Below are positions 10,069 to 20,325 of a stretch of DNA of 64,000 nucleotides, in pieces (the first letter of the stretch is position 1; each line of letters opens with the position of its first letter). The notes beneath the pieces are model-generated. The model was given only the letters and a program-made list of their open reading frames with translations. It was not told where the DNA came from and searched no databases. The translations under genes were made by a program, and so were the position numbers. Source of the stretch: an uncultured Chlamydiae bacterium. GTDB lineage: Bacteria > Chlamydiota > Chlamydiia > Chlamydiales > Parachlamydiaceae. The stretch spans positions 736,001-800,000 of the forward strand of contig CAVWGN010000001.1 of the NCBI GenBank assembly GCA_963754655.1, read 5' to 3'.

Positions 10069-11364
10069 TCAATCTGTCTGGCTGGTTAAATAATCAATCT
10101 CTGCTTGCTTATTATGATAAAGCACTAAAGCTTGGATATATTTTTCTTGGGTTTCAAAGAAAAATTTTTGCGTATCCAAAACATCTCCATATTCCAATTT
10201 TCCCTCTCGGTATCCCTCTTGAGTCAGCTCAAGTGATTCTTTAGAAAGTCGCAAAGCGATGTTTTTAAGCTCTTCAGCTTCCTGATAGGTTCTGTTGAGT
10301 TCTAAATAGGCATTAGAAAGCTTGGTTTCTAAAAAAAGCCAAAGTTGCCTACCTTCATCTCCAGTCTTGAGCATATCATAATAAGCTCTTTGTATGTTGC
10401 CTTGATTGCGATTCCAAATAGGCAACGGAATGGACACACCCGCGACGGCGCCTTTATCTCCCGAATTATACGCATAGCCAAGAGTGACATACACATCGGG
10501 AATGCGAGCCGCTTTTTCCAAACGCACAGTGTGATAGGCTGCCATGTATTTATATAAAGATTGAACCACTTCCGGTTGTTCGCAGAGCTTGGCAAGATAT
10601 TCTTCTAAAGGAATAGGCGAGGAAATATCGAAAAAAGGATAAGTCACGACATCAAAATCAGGACATGGACTTGCCCATAAAAGGGCGAGACTATTCTTTG
10701 CTGCTTGAAATTCTGCAAGTGCTTTTTTGAGACTTAAATTCGCTAGTGATTGAGCAACTTTTATTTTATTTTGTTGAATAATTGAAACTTTACCAGCTTC
10801 AACTTTAGCTTTTATTAAGCGAACTTCTTCTTGGGCATTTTGTTGATGATCGATCGCAAGTTTGAGGAGTTCCTGTGCCGCAAATACACGTATAAAGGCT
10901 TTACTTAAGCGGCTTAAACGCTCTAATTTAGAGGTTTCATAACCAATCAAAGCGGCATAATATTCATAAGAAGCCACCTTGATTTGTTTTTGACGTTTGC
11001 CTCCTAATTCAATCAATTGGCTGAGAGCATAGATGTCTTGCCTTTGCTGCCATCCCTTTTCGGAGGTTTCTAAATCATAAGCAAAGTCAGGATTAGGATA
11101 GAGGCGTGCCTGTGTGACTAATCCTCTTTTCCCTTGAATATGATCTTTTGCTTGGTTAAGGATCAATGATTGATTTAAAGTCCGCTGCACTGCCGTGTCA
11201 AAATCTAAGACTCTTGGCTCATAGGACATAGCATGAGTCCTTTCATAACTCTCTAAACAACCAATACAAGAATAAAAGCACAGGATAAATAATCCCATTT
11301 GCTGTGAGCAGGCTCTTATAAAATAAAATTTTTTGTCAATTAGCATAAATAGTAAAATGAGCAA
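10069..11364 (-). CDS. czcC: TolC-family outer membrane efflux protein (CzcC-like); true start probably downstream of 11364
   Basis: ARLYPNP, SQLIELGGKR, VSIPLPIWNRNQGNI, YREGK...VLD. Confidence 0.9.
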   Translation of the reverse strand: MLILLFMLIDKKFYFIRACSQQMGLFILCFYSCIGCLESYERTHAMSYEPRVLDFDTAVQRTLNQSLILNQAKDHIQGKRGLVTQARLYPNPDFAYDLETSEKGWQQRQDIYALSQLIELGGKRQKQIKVASYEYYAALIGYETSKLERLSRLSKAFIRVFAAQELLKLAIDHQQNAQEEVRLIKAKVEAGKVSIIQQNKIKVAQSLANLSLKKALAEFQAAKNSLALLWASPCPDFDVVTYPFFDISSPIPLEEYLAKLCEQPEVVQSLYKYMAAYHTVRLEKAARIPDVYVTLGYAYNSGDKGAVAGVSIPLPIWNRNQGNIQRAYYDMLKTGDEGRQLWLFLETKLSNAYLELNRTYQEAEELKNIALRLSKESLELTQEGYREGKLEYGDVLDTQKFFFETQEKYIQALVLYHNKQAEIDYLTSQTD

Positions 11365-11514
11365 ATAAGTTGTGGAAATTTCTTGTCCCGATTTATTTAA
11401 TTAAGAGATGTGCCTCTTTTTTTCAATCTAAATGCTGATACAAACAAAAAAATTATTGCCTAATCGATCAAAACCTCATATGGTGGCGAGTGGATTTTAA
11501 TTCTTGATTAAAGC

Positions 11515-12720
11515 ATGGAAATAGAAAATTTTTTTCTGCAACTCTTCATTATTTTATTTGCAGCCAGGCTTTTAGGTGAGTTTGTTGCTAAATTCAAAAT
11601 CCCTTCTGTCATTGGAGAGTTATTAGCAGGTGTCCTTCTAGGGCCAAGCCTGTTTCATCTCATCGAACCGACACAGATCATCAAATTATTAGCTGAAATC
11701 GGAATTGTTCTTTTGCTTTTTGAAGTTGGGTTGGAATCAAATTTTACTCGATTGAAAAAAACAGGACTTAAACCCTTTATTGTGGCTTTAGGTGGAGTGG
11801 TTATCCCTTTTATACTGGGTTTTTGGGTTAGCTATCAATTATTTCAATTACATCTTTTGATTTCTCTTTTTATAGGGAGCACGTTAACGGCAACAAGTAT
11901 TGGAATTACGATACGAGTGCTAACAGATCTCAAAAGGCAAAAAGGGGATGAATCCCAAATTGTGCTAGGAGCCGCAGTCATTGATGACATTATTGGAATC
12001 ATTTTATTATCAGTATTATATGAATTTTCTTTAGGCCAGGGAGTCGATTATTTAGGCGTTGGCAAAATTGCTCTATTCATTGTCCTTTTTCTCTTATTAG
12101 CTCCTCTTATTGCAAAGATCATTTCTAGCATGATCAAATATTATGAAGATAAAAGTGAAATACCGGGTTTGATCGCTAGCATGACCGTTGCTTTGATTCT
12201 ATTTTTCGCTTGGCTGGCACATCAAGTGGGAGCGCCTGAGTTATTAGGGGGATTTGCAGCTGGTCTTGCTCTATCTCCACATTTTTTTTCTCCCTTGGGA
12301 AAGTTTCTGAATATTACTGAGGAGTTTTCTCATAAAATTGAAAATCAGATGAAGCCTATCATTTATCTTTTTGCGCCCATCTTTTTTGTCACAGTCGGCC
12401 TCTCTCTTAATTTACGCGAGATTAATTGGCAATCAGGCTTTATTTGGTTATTATCACTCTCTCTGATTCTTGCAGCTATTATAGGAAAACTTCTGTCAGG
12501 TTTTCTTTTATTAAAAGAAAAAAGATGGATGAAGTGGGCTATCGGTCTTGCCATGATTCCACGTGGAGAGGTGGGACTGATTTTTGCTGAATTGGGCCGA
12601 ACGAATCAGATTCTTGACAATGATCTTTATGCAGCTTTAATCATCGTTATTGCTGTCACCACCATCCTCACTCCTTTTGCCATGCGGTATTTTTATCAGC
12701 AGTACAAAGAACCTAAATAA
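11515..12720 (+). CDS. Cation:proton antiporter (CPA2/KefB-NapA family)
   Basis: PSVIGELLAGVLLGPS, TATSIGIT, GAAVIDDI, MIPRGEVGLIFA. Confidence 0.9.
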   Translation: MEIENFFLQLFIILFAARLLGEFVAKFKIPSVIGELLAGVLLGPSLFHLIEPTQIIKLLAEIGIVLLLFEVGLESNFTRLKKTGLKPFIVALGGVVIPFILGFWVSYQLFQLHLLISLFIGSTLTATSIGITIRVLTDLKRQKGDESQIVLGAAVIDDIIGIILLSVLYEFSLGQGVDYLGVGKIALFIVLFLLLAPLIAKIISSMIKYYEDKSEIPGLIASMTVALILFFAWLAHQVGAPELLGGFAAGLALSPHFFSPLGKFLNITEEFSHKIENQMKPIIYLFAPIFFVTVGLSLNLREINWQSGFIWLLSLSLILAAIIGKLLSGFLLLKEKRWMKWAIGLAMIPRGEVGLIFAELGRTNQILDNDLYAALIIVIAVTTILTPFAMRYFYQQYKEPK

Positions 12721-12801
12721 GCTCAAGTTTTACAAATAATCTTCTTGAGAAATTGAATTTAAATGCATTATGATGATTTAAAAAATTAAACTAGGTAAAT
12801 T

Positions 12802-13542
12802 ATGAATACAAATTTTTTATATTATGCTTCCCCCGCTAACGAACTTCAAACTCACTATGGTGATGATTTTGAGCAACCATTTAAACACAAAATCACCACT
12901 CAATGGCCAAAAAATATTGTAGTGATTCGATTAGCTGCCATCGCAGTCTTTGGAGCTCTTTTGGTTTTGATCAGTCCGGTTTGGATTTGGCCGGTTGTAG
13001 TGATTGGCACAGTTGCTTATGCAGGTTGGACAATTTATTCTCATGTATTGCGAAAAGATCCTTTAGTTGAAATGTTCTATAAAATTGTGGGGGGAAAGGA
13101 TCAATATGATAATCTTCCAGAAATTGTTTTAGCGGGAGAAAAGACAGTTGAGGAAAATATAAACGATCTCAGTTGGAACGCTTTAGATCAACCTGCTTAT
13201 AGAGCAGAGACTAAAGATGGCCGACGAATATTTATTGTAAGAGCGTTGAGTCGCAATCCAGAACAGGATATAGGGTTTTCTGCTCAAGTGAAAACTATTT
13301 TTACATTGGTAGAAAAACTAGGACCCGCTGATCTTATATCTCCTAAAGATTTATCACCAGAGAATAACTGTCTTTTTGAATCATTAATTCATGGCCTTAA
13401 TTTACGGAAAAATGATAACACATTCCGTTCATTTAGGTTTGATTCCTCTTTTAGTGGAGGGAGTGGCTCAATTCGTAGAAAATATTTTCTTTCCTCTTTA
13501 GAAACTGACATAGCAAACGAATTTTTTGCACAAATGAGTTAA
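12802..13542 (+). CDS. Hypothetical protein with N-terminal bilobed hydrophobic domain (Inc-like candidate)
   Basis: About 40-aa two-TM hairpin at residues ~40-80 followed by a soluble domain. Confidence 0.7.
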   Translation: MNTNFLYYASPANELQTHYGDDFEQPFKHKITTQWPKNIVVIRLAAIAVFGALLVLISPVWIWPVVVIGTVAYAGWTIYSHVLRKDPLVEMFYKIVGGKDQYDNLPEIVLAGEKTVEENINDLSWNALDQPAYRAETKDGRRIFIVRALSRNPEQDIGFSAQVKTIFTLVEKLGPADLISPKDLSPENNCLFESLIHGLNLRKNDNTFRSFRFDSSFSGGSGSIRRKYFLSSLETDIANEFFAQMS

Positions 13543-13706
13543 AGATGCTAGGCAATGTATGCAATCAGTCGCCTCGGCGAAGTGCTCTGGCGCTGTGAGC
13601 GGTTAATCACCGCCATACATCTTCTAAACATTGACAAGCTTTGAAAAATCTTTTATGACTCAATCAAGAATAAAAAATATCAAGTTAATTTATAAGAGGT
13701 AGATGT

Positions 13707-14369
13707 ATGCTAAAAAAAATCATTCTTGCTTTAGCACTCTTTTTATTAACAATCCAATTAGGTTACTCTGCTGGGACTGAGATTTCGCGTTCTAAAGAGG
13801 AATTATCTCACTATTTGAATGATCGCATTCAGACATCGGATAAACGTTATGCCTCCTTTTTATTGGCTTTACAGTTACTTGAAAAATGCAGTGGCAAAAC
13901 AATTGTTGAAACAGGCACAGCCAGATATGGAAATCAGCAATTTGTAGGAGATGGTGGATCGACGATTATTTTTGGAAATTGGGCTGCTCAACATCATGCC
14001 ATGCTTTATTCAGTTGATCATGCCCCTTCAAGTATTGAAAATGCAAAAAATGTCACAAAAGATTATGCCGAACATATCCAATTTTGTTGTTATGATTCTG
14101 TTCAATTTTTAAAAGAATACTCTCAGCTCATTGACTTCTTATATCTAGATAGCTATGAATATGATGTCAATCATCCTACACTTTCACAGACTCATCATTT
14201 AAATGAATTAATTGCTGCTTATCCTTGCCTTCATGAAAAAAGTATTGTGATGATAGATGATTGTGATTTGTCTGGCGGTGGCCAAGGCAAACTCGTCATC
14301 GAATTTTTGACAGATTGCGGATGGAGAGTTGCTTATAATGGTTGTCAAACTATTTTGACTCAAAATTGA
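13707..14369 (+). CDS. Class I SAM-dependent methyltransferase with signal peptide
   Basis: IVETGT, YSVD, DSV, IDFLYLDS, VMIDD motifs; MLKKIILALALFLL N-terminus; GAGG RBS. Confidence 0.8.
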   Translation: MLKKIILALALFLLTIQLGYSAGTEISRSKEELSHYLNDRIQTSDKRYASFLLALQLLEKCSGKTIVETGTARYGNQQFVGDGGSTIIFGNWAAQHHAMLYSVDHAPSSIENAKNVTKDYAEHIQFCCYDSVQFLKEYSQLIDFLYLDSYEYDVNHPTLSQTHHLNELIAAYPCLHEKSIVMIDDCDLSGGGQGKLVIEFLTDCGWRVAYNGCQTILTQN

Positions 14370-14475
14370 GTTTATCATTTCGGTTCTTCCTCCTCTCGTA
14401 TTTAGTTACATGAGTTTTACCTTTTGGGTTTTAAATCCGTCCCAATAGGCTAAAACTAATGTGACCGAGTGACTA

Positions 14476-14797
14476 GGGTGTGATTAACTCTGGGAGTTTA
14501 TATTTTTTAGCAGATCGATACGAAATGGTAGAGCGGCGGTAGCCGCTTTCAGTGGGAAGCCCCGTATGAAGCGAGCTTGCGAGTGGAATGCGGGGTAGGC
14601 ATCAATAAAATATAAACCGCGGAAGCGGTGTGAGTGATCTTACGCTGCTTCCGCAGCTCAATGCTATCTTGCCTACACCCCGCATTCCGCTCGCAAGCTC
14701 GCTTCATACGGGGCTTCCCACTGAAAGCGGCTACCGCCGCCCTACCATTTCGTATCGATCTGCTAAAAAATATAAACTCCCAGAGTTAATCACACCC
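14476..14797. mobile_element. Palindromic MITE family A, copy 2
   Basis: Long TIRs starting GGGTGTGATTAACTCTGGGAG; exact 8-bp TSD AGTGACTA (14468-14475 and 14798-14805). Confidence 0.9.
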
Positions 14798-14930
14798 AGT
14801 GACTAAATACTAGATAGGGTAGGAATCTAATTGAATTTAATTTAGCAAATAATTAAAATCGCACACAAGTTAATTTAATATTTTTTAAATTAAATTTAAA
14901 AATTCATTAATAAACAATAAGAGGTCTTGG

Positions 14931-15608
14931 ATGTTCCCATCTATTCGTTATAATACTCAACAGCTACAAAACTATTTGAAAACTACCAGTGATTTTTTTT
15001 CACAAGCGATTCAAAAATACGCGAAAATTACCGCTGTTGTGTTTACAATTTTTGCTGCAATGACAGCCTTATTTTTTATTTATCGCCATTATAAAGGAAA
15101 AAAATTAGATGGCGAGAAATCAGATATTCCTTCTCCTATTAATCTCCATTCACCTGCAAAAGTTGTAGTAGATAATATCGCAGAACAAGAAGACCAAGTA
15201 AGAAGCAAAATACAAGAAATTGCTTGTTTACCACTCGCTCCTTATTCTGCTGACCGAGAAAATATTGTTTACCAAAGCGAAGATGAGATTAAAGGAAAAG
15301 GTGGGGTTTTATTAACAAAGAATTGCAATTTTATTGGTGGCGACCATTATCACGGAATTGTTGCCTTACCTGAAAAAAATGGAGGGTATTGTCTCCATTT
15401 ATGCCCAGGCGGTGGAAACATGTCTTTTACTAAAGATCAGATTGATCAACTGATGGCAGAAGCTATCAAAGAACTTGTAAAGCAAAAAATCACCATCACT
15501 GTAATTACAGGATTTATTGGACGACATCCAGGGAATACGATCACAAATTTCCAACAATGGCAAGCTGAACAGCTGGCTAACGACACTAAGCCAAAGCCTG
15601 AAATTTAA
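14931..15608 (+). CDS. Hypothetical single-TM protein (candidate secreted/membrane effector)
   Basis: 225 aa, GAGG RBS, TM at about residues 33-51. Confidence 0.7.
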   Translation: MFPSIRYNTQQLQNYLKTTSDFFSQAIQKYAKITAVVFTIFAAMTALFFIYRHYKGKKLDGEKSDIPSPINLHSPAKVVVDNIAEQEDQVRSKIQEIACLPLAPYSADRENIVYQSEDEIKGKGGVLLTKNCNFIGGDHYHGIVALPEKNGGYCLHLCPGGGNMSFTKDQIDQLMAEAIKELVKQKITITVITGFIGRHPGNTITNFQQWQAEQLANDTKPKPEI

Positions 15609-15660
15609 AGGTAAATGTTCGCGGTATGCATCAAAAGTCCAATTGATGCATACCATTCAA

Positions 15661-16419
15661 TCAACCACCATTAATCTTTTCCTCCGTAGGGGCCCCTTGA
15701 ATAGGCGATTGTCCCAATCCTGTTGGATCCATAATGGGAAAGGGTTGTTCCGGGCCTGTGGCAGGAGAAGGATTGGCGAGTTTGATTCCCGTGAATCCCA
15801 TAAAGGCCATGGACATGAGTCCGGACATGATGAAGGTAATTCCCATTCCCCTTAAGGCTGGGACAACATTGGCTGTGACCAATCTTTCACGAATGGCTGC
15901 AATAAGGGCAATAGCTAACCACCAGCCCAGCGCTGAGCCTAAAACATAAATCAAATTAGGCACGAAGGGATAATCACGCGTTACAGCAAAAAGGCAAGCA
16001 CCCAAGATTGCACAGTTCACTGCAATAAGAGGAAGATATAATCCTAAAGACATGTAAAGGGTGGGGGAAAACTTTTCAATGATAATTTCTAGAATTTGTG
16101 TAAAGCCTGCAATGACTGAAATGAAAAGCAAGAACTCAAGAAATCCAAGATTAATGTTGGCTGTTTGTAGCCCCAGAAATTCTAGCCAAGATAGCGCTCC
16201 CGGCCCTGTGACAAAGCGATGGACAAACCAATTGAGAATTCCTGATACAGTCAAGACAAAGACAACAGCGATTCCTAGTCCGTTAGCTGTTTTTAACTTG
16301 TTTGAACAAGCTAGATAGGTACACATGCCTAGAAAGTTAACCAACAAGAAGTTTTCAATAAAAATGGCTTGAATGAGCAAACCAAAGAGATTTAAGATTG
16401 AATAGCTACCCATCCACAT
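15661..16419 (-). CDS. nqrE: Na(+)-translocating NADH-quinone reductase subunit E
   Basis: NFLGMCTYLACS, LPLIAVNCAILG, LRGMGITFI. Confidence 0.95.
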   Translation of the reverse strand: MWMGSYSILNLFGLLIQAIFIENFLLVNFLGMCTYLACSNKLKTANGLGIAVVFVLTVSGILNWFVHRFVTGPGALSWLEFLGLQTANINLGFLEFLLFISVIAGFTQILEIIIEKFSPTLYMSLGLYLPLIAVNCAILGACLFAVTRDYPFVPNLIYVLGSALGWWLAIALIAAIRERLVTANVVPALRGMGITFIMSGLMSMAFMGFTGIKLANPSPATGPEQPFPIMDPTGLGQSPIQGAPTEEKINGG

Positions 16420-16447
16420 AGAAATGATCCTTTGTTAGGATTTTTTA

Positions 16448-17083
16448 TCAGGCATTTCCCTGAAACTTTCTCGATAAATAAATCAATCCTCCGATAATAA
16501 AAAAAGCTGCTGGAGGGCTAACCATGAGGACAAAATTGTCATAGGCATCTGGACGAGCAGATGTTGCATACCAGGATAGGGGAATAATTTGATAACCAAG
16601 TAATTGTCCAAATCCAAAGAGCTCTCGAATAAATGCAACGATAAATAAGACAATTGCATAGCCCATTCCAGCTCCCAACCCATCTAAGAAAGCGGGCAGA
16701 GGCTCGACATTTTTAGCCATCCCCTCCGTGCGGCCCATCACTATGCAGTTTGTAATAATGAGTCCGACAAACACGCTTAAAACTTTTGAAATACTAAAAA
16801 AATAGGCTTGTAGAAACTGATCAATGATAATGACAAAGACAGAAATGATAGCCAGCTGGGTAATCATTCGAACGCTATCAGGGGTAATCTTGCGCAATAA
16901 AGAGACGAAAAGCGAAGAAAAAGCAGTTACAAATGAGACCGAGAGTCCCATCGTGATAGCTACGCTAAGGCGATTGGTGACACCTAAAGCAGAGCAAATT
17001 CCCAGTACGGCAACAAGCACTTGATTGCCTGACCATAGCTGAGAAGTAAAATAAGTCGAAACAGGGGGTTTAGGTGTTGTCAT
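16448..17083 (-). CDS. nqrD: Na(+)-NQR subunit D
   Basis: [26 protein letters not shown]. Confidence 0.95.
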   Translation of the reverse strand: MTTPKPPVSTYFTSQLWSGNQVLVAVLGICSALGVTNRLSVAITMGLSVSFVTAFSSLFVSLLRKITPDSVRMITQLAIISVFVIIIDQFLQAYFFSISKVLSVFVGLIITNCIVMGRTEGMAKNVEPLPAFLDGLGAGMGYAIVLFIVAFIRELFGFGQLLGYQIIPLSWYATSARPDAYDNFVLMVSPPAAFFIIGGLIYLSRKFQGNA

Positions 17084-18009
17084 TTTTTACCTTTTTTTTC
17101 GTCTTCTTCATGAAGGCGTATCAAGAAAGGGCGATAGGCTGCCAACACCTCTTGATAGGCATTTGTTACTCCATTACCCGTTAAGGTGGCTCCTGCCATG
17201 CCATCAACGGCACTAAGAGATTTAGGAGAATCATCCAGCACCTCTTTGACTTTACCTTTGACGACTATAATTCCCAAAGGAGCCGTTTTAAAGTTTGTTT
17301 GTCCATTAGCAGATTCTTGAAAAATGTGCTTATCCGGAAATTGACTTTGCCATTCGGGTTCGGAAATATTGGCTCCAAGCCCTGGCGTCTCCTTTTGGTC
17401 ATACCAAGAAATTCCAATGACACTATTGCCGTCAGTTTTGATAGCTAAATAGCCATAAATGGCATCCCATAATCCCATGCCATTCACGGGAATGACATAT
17501 CCTGCTACAGTCCGATTATGTTCATTTATCTGCTCATCTGGCTTGGGATTGGAAAAAATCTTATAAATGAGCTTAAAAGGCTCTTTGTAATAGCCTGTTT
17601 TGCGAAAGTCTCGCACATACTTTTCTTCATCCATACCCGCTTCATGAAAAGAAGTCGACTCTCCTTGATCATTGACTAGAAAGGCTTGAATGCGGGCACG
17701 GTAAACAGTTAGAACCTGGGCTTGATCTGGAAACAGGCGCTCATGGGAGGGTTCTAAGGCACCATTTGAGCCTGCTTTGGCCGGAACGTAATTTCCTTTG
17801 TCGTCTGGAACTTGAAAGTAGCCATAAGGACTCAAGATGCGAGCTGCAATCAACATCTGTTTACTGCGATCGAGTTCTCTTGCCATTTCTTGCGGTTCTT
17901 TTAACGCGCTAGCCAGAACTGACAAAATAGTGGCGCAAACTAAACTTAAGATAACCATGAATAGCAGAGTATAGGTGTTCTGTTGACGAGCAGTCTTAAA
18001 TTTTGACAC
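17080..18009 (-). CDS. nqrC: Na(+)-NQR subunit C
   Basis: [20 protein letters not shown] site [16 protein letters not shown] start at 18009 with GGAG RBS preferred over 18072. Confidence 0.95.
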   Translation of the reverse strand: MSKFKTARQQNTYTLLFMVILSLVCATILSVLASALKEPQEMARELDRSKQMLIAARILSPYGYFQVPDDKGNYVPAKAGSNGALEPSHERLFPDQAQVLTVYRARIQAFLVNDQGESTSFHEAGMDEEKYVRDFRKTGYYKEPFKLIYKIFSNPKPDEQINEHNRTVAGYVIPVNGMGLWDAIYGYLAIKTDGNSVIGISWYDQKETPGLGANISEPEWQSQFPDKHIFQESANGQTNFKTAPLGIIVVKGKVKEVLDDSPKSLSAVDGMAGATLTGNGVTNAYQEVLAAYRPFLIRLHEEDEKKGKK

Positions 18010-19525
18010 GACGCACGCTCCTATTCCTGTAGTAATGGACAACGTAGTAATCAATAAGAGGGGCAAAGACATTTGCCATTAAGATCGCTAGCATCACTCC
18101 TTCTGGATAAGCAGGGTTAATCGCTCGAATAACAAGTGTCACAATTCCTGCCATTGCCCCATAAATCCACCGTCCAAGCTTTGTAGACGGAGAGGAAACG
18201 GGATCGGTTGCCATAAAAACAATTCCAAAAGCTAAACCTCCTAATAAGAGATGCTTATAGGCAGGGAATGCTAAGGGTGCGGGATTCCAAGCGCCTCCAT
18301 CGGCTCCCAAAAAACGAGCTCCGACTTCGAATAGCAAAGCTGTTAGAAAAGCGCCCATTGTCATTCCTGCCATGGTGCGCCAAGAACCTACTCGTGTCCA
18401 AATCAAAATAAATGCGCCAATCAGACAAGCTAAAACAGAAGTTTCGCCCATCGATCCTAATCTGTCTCCTAAAAAGAAATTCCAATTCCCATTATGTCCC
18501 AAGCCATAATTGAGAGCGGCGAAATGGTAAGCGTCTTCATAATTACCAGATGATAATCCAAGTCCTCCATCAGGAATGGAAGCTGTGACAAATTCGCGTA
18601 ATTGATCAGGCTGAAGCTGCGTTAATGTCGCTTGATGGTGTCCTGCCTCGTTCCATTGCTGAAACTGCTTTTCAATGGCAGGATAGGTGCTAACCTTTGA
18701 TCCCAAATCGTTGGATGCAATGGCGTCGACATGAATGCGTTTAATTTCAGGAGAAATGTTGTAGCGGCCAAGCCGGGTGGCTTGGCTATAACCATCAAGC
18801 GCTGTCGTATGGGCTTCTTGATTCATTTTCAATAAGCTTTCGCGTATGACAGTGGGATTTGTTCCCACCCAAACATCACCTGACATTTTACCGGGAAAAG
18901 TAAAGAAAAGAAAAGCTCGGCAGGCCAAGGCAGGGTTGACAATGTTCATTCCCGATCCACCAAAAACTTCTTTGCCCAAGATGACCCCTGCGGCTACACC
19001 CACAGCAATCATCCAGTAAGGAATTGTAGAGGGCAAAATCAAAGCATATAAGATCCCAGTGACTAAAAATCCTTCAGTCATTTCATGTTGACGCACAATG
19101 GCAAACAAAGCTTCACATAGGCCTCCTACTGCATAAGTAATGATCACAACAGGAAGCAGTGCGATCAGACCTAATTTAATAATTTCTAAATAGCGATTTT
19201 CTTTAAAGGCAAAGTCAAAATAACCATTGAGCGAATTAGCTCCTTCGAGATATTCATTCATCAAGTGATAATTGCCGCTGGAATAGACAAAGCTTTGTAA
19301 ACCCGTATTCCATATTGCCATAAGAAGACAGGGAATAAGGGCAAATACCACGATCATCATCCAACGTTTGATGTCCACTGCATCTCGAATATGCGGAGAC
19401 TTCCTTGTATTTAGTGGAGCTTCATAGAGAAAAGTATCTGTCGCTTCAACTAAGGGACGTAAGCGATGAAGAACTTTGCCTTTTTCAGTTAAAGAGAGTT
19501 GATAATCAAGAATGCGCCGCAACAT
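17996..19525 (-). CDS. nqrB: Na(+)-NQR subunit B
   Basis: PHIRDAVDIKRWM, KEVFGGSGMNIVNPAL, MATDPVS, NPAYPEGVMLAIL. Confidence 0.95.
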   Translation of the reverse strand: MLRRILDYQLSLTEKGKVLHRLRPLVEATDTFLYEAPLNTRKSPHIRDAVDIKRWMMIVVFALIPCLLMAIWNTGLQSFVYSSGNYHLMNEYLEGANSLNGYFDFAFKENRYLEIIKLGLIALLPVVIITYAVGGLCEALFAIVRQHEMTEGFLVTGILYALILPSTIPYWMIAVGVAAGVILGKEVFGGSGMNIVNPALACRAFLFFTFPGKMSGDVWVGTNPTVIRESLLKMNQEAHTTALDGYSQATRLGRYNISPEIKRIHVDAIASNDLGSKVSTYPAIEKQFQQWNEAGHHQATLTQLQPDQLREFVTASIPDGGLGLSSGNYEDAYHFAALNYGLGHNGNWNFFLGDRLGSMGETSVLACLIGAFILIWTRVGSWRTMAGMTMGAFLTALLFEVGARFLGADGGAWNPAPLAFPAYKHLLLGGLAFGIVFMATDPVSSPSTKLGRWIYGAMAGIVTLVIRAINPAYPEGVMLAILMANVFAPLIDYYVVHYYRNRSVRRVKI

Positions 19526-19607
19526 GCTTTTGCCTTTATACTTAAAATCATCTGGCGTCAGGCTATCAAATTCAATTGATCTTGCAAATAAAAAAATAGT
19601 CCCCTAC

Positions 19608-20105
19608 TTAAGATCGAGAAGCTTCCGTCTTGATAGGCAAAATTTGGTAGTGTACAAGTGTAAAAGCCGATGTATAGGGAAAAGGGCAAACAACGCGATA
19701 GGGAAGTCCCGTTGGGAGATGATAAACAAAGTAAAAAAGATTGCCATTTTCTAAACGAGGAGCATGCATGACTGAAACATCAAAAAGTTTATAATCGGTT
19801 AAGCGATAAGGAAAAACATCGCTAGGATATTTCTTTTCCAATTCTATTTGTTCTATGTAAAATTTTTGATAATGGGCAATCTGATCAATAAACTGAAATT
19901 GCAGACCCTTCCATAGAAAATTAGAAATTTCCGCAAACTCTTTAAGATAAGCAGGATCAGAAAGACATAAGACATGTTGGTTAAGTAGCCAGACATGATT
20001 GAAAAAAATATCTTCGCATTCTACCACTGGAGTTTGATCTTGCATGATTAAGCGAAGAGTATAGGAGCCAAGAGGAATTTCTTTAATGGCGGCAGAAAAC
20101 GACAT
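19608..20105 (-). CDS. Hypothetical protein
   Basis: 165-aa ORF with AAGGAG RBS, co-oriented upstream of nqrB. Confidence 0.75.
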   Translation of the reverse strand: MSFSAAIKEIPLGSYTLRLIMQDQTPVVECEDIFFNHVWLLNQHVLCLSDPAYLKEFAEISNFLWKGLQFQFIDQIAHYQKFYIEQIELEKKYPSDVFPYRLTDYKLFDVSVMHAPRLENGNLFYFVYHLPTGLPYRVVCPFPYTSAFTLVHYQILPIKTEASRS

Positions 20106-20325
20106 GTTGTTTCTCCTTGATTGGCAAAAGACTAAAAAGACTTAGAAGGCAAAAGAGAATTTGTCTTTTGCTCCTTATGTCCTTTAGGTCCTTTTAGTCC
20201 TAACCTCTAAGTGTGAGTGTGGCATATCAAAGCTAAAAACGCAAGTGGTGAAAATCCTCCAAAAGAAACGTCTGAGACAGTATTGTTTTAGATGTCAGAA
20301 TGAAATGAATCATGAGTAAAGTCCT

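Noticed and set aside
15661..19525. Incomplete nqr operon (no nqrA or nqrF)
   Set aside because: Split nqr arrangement is normal in Chlamydiae
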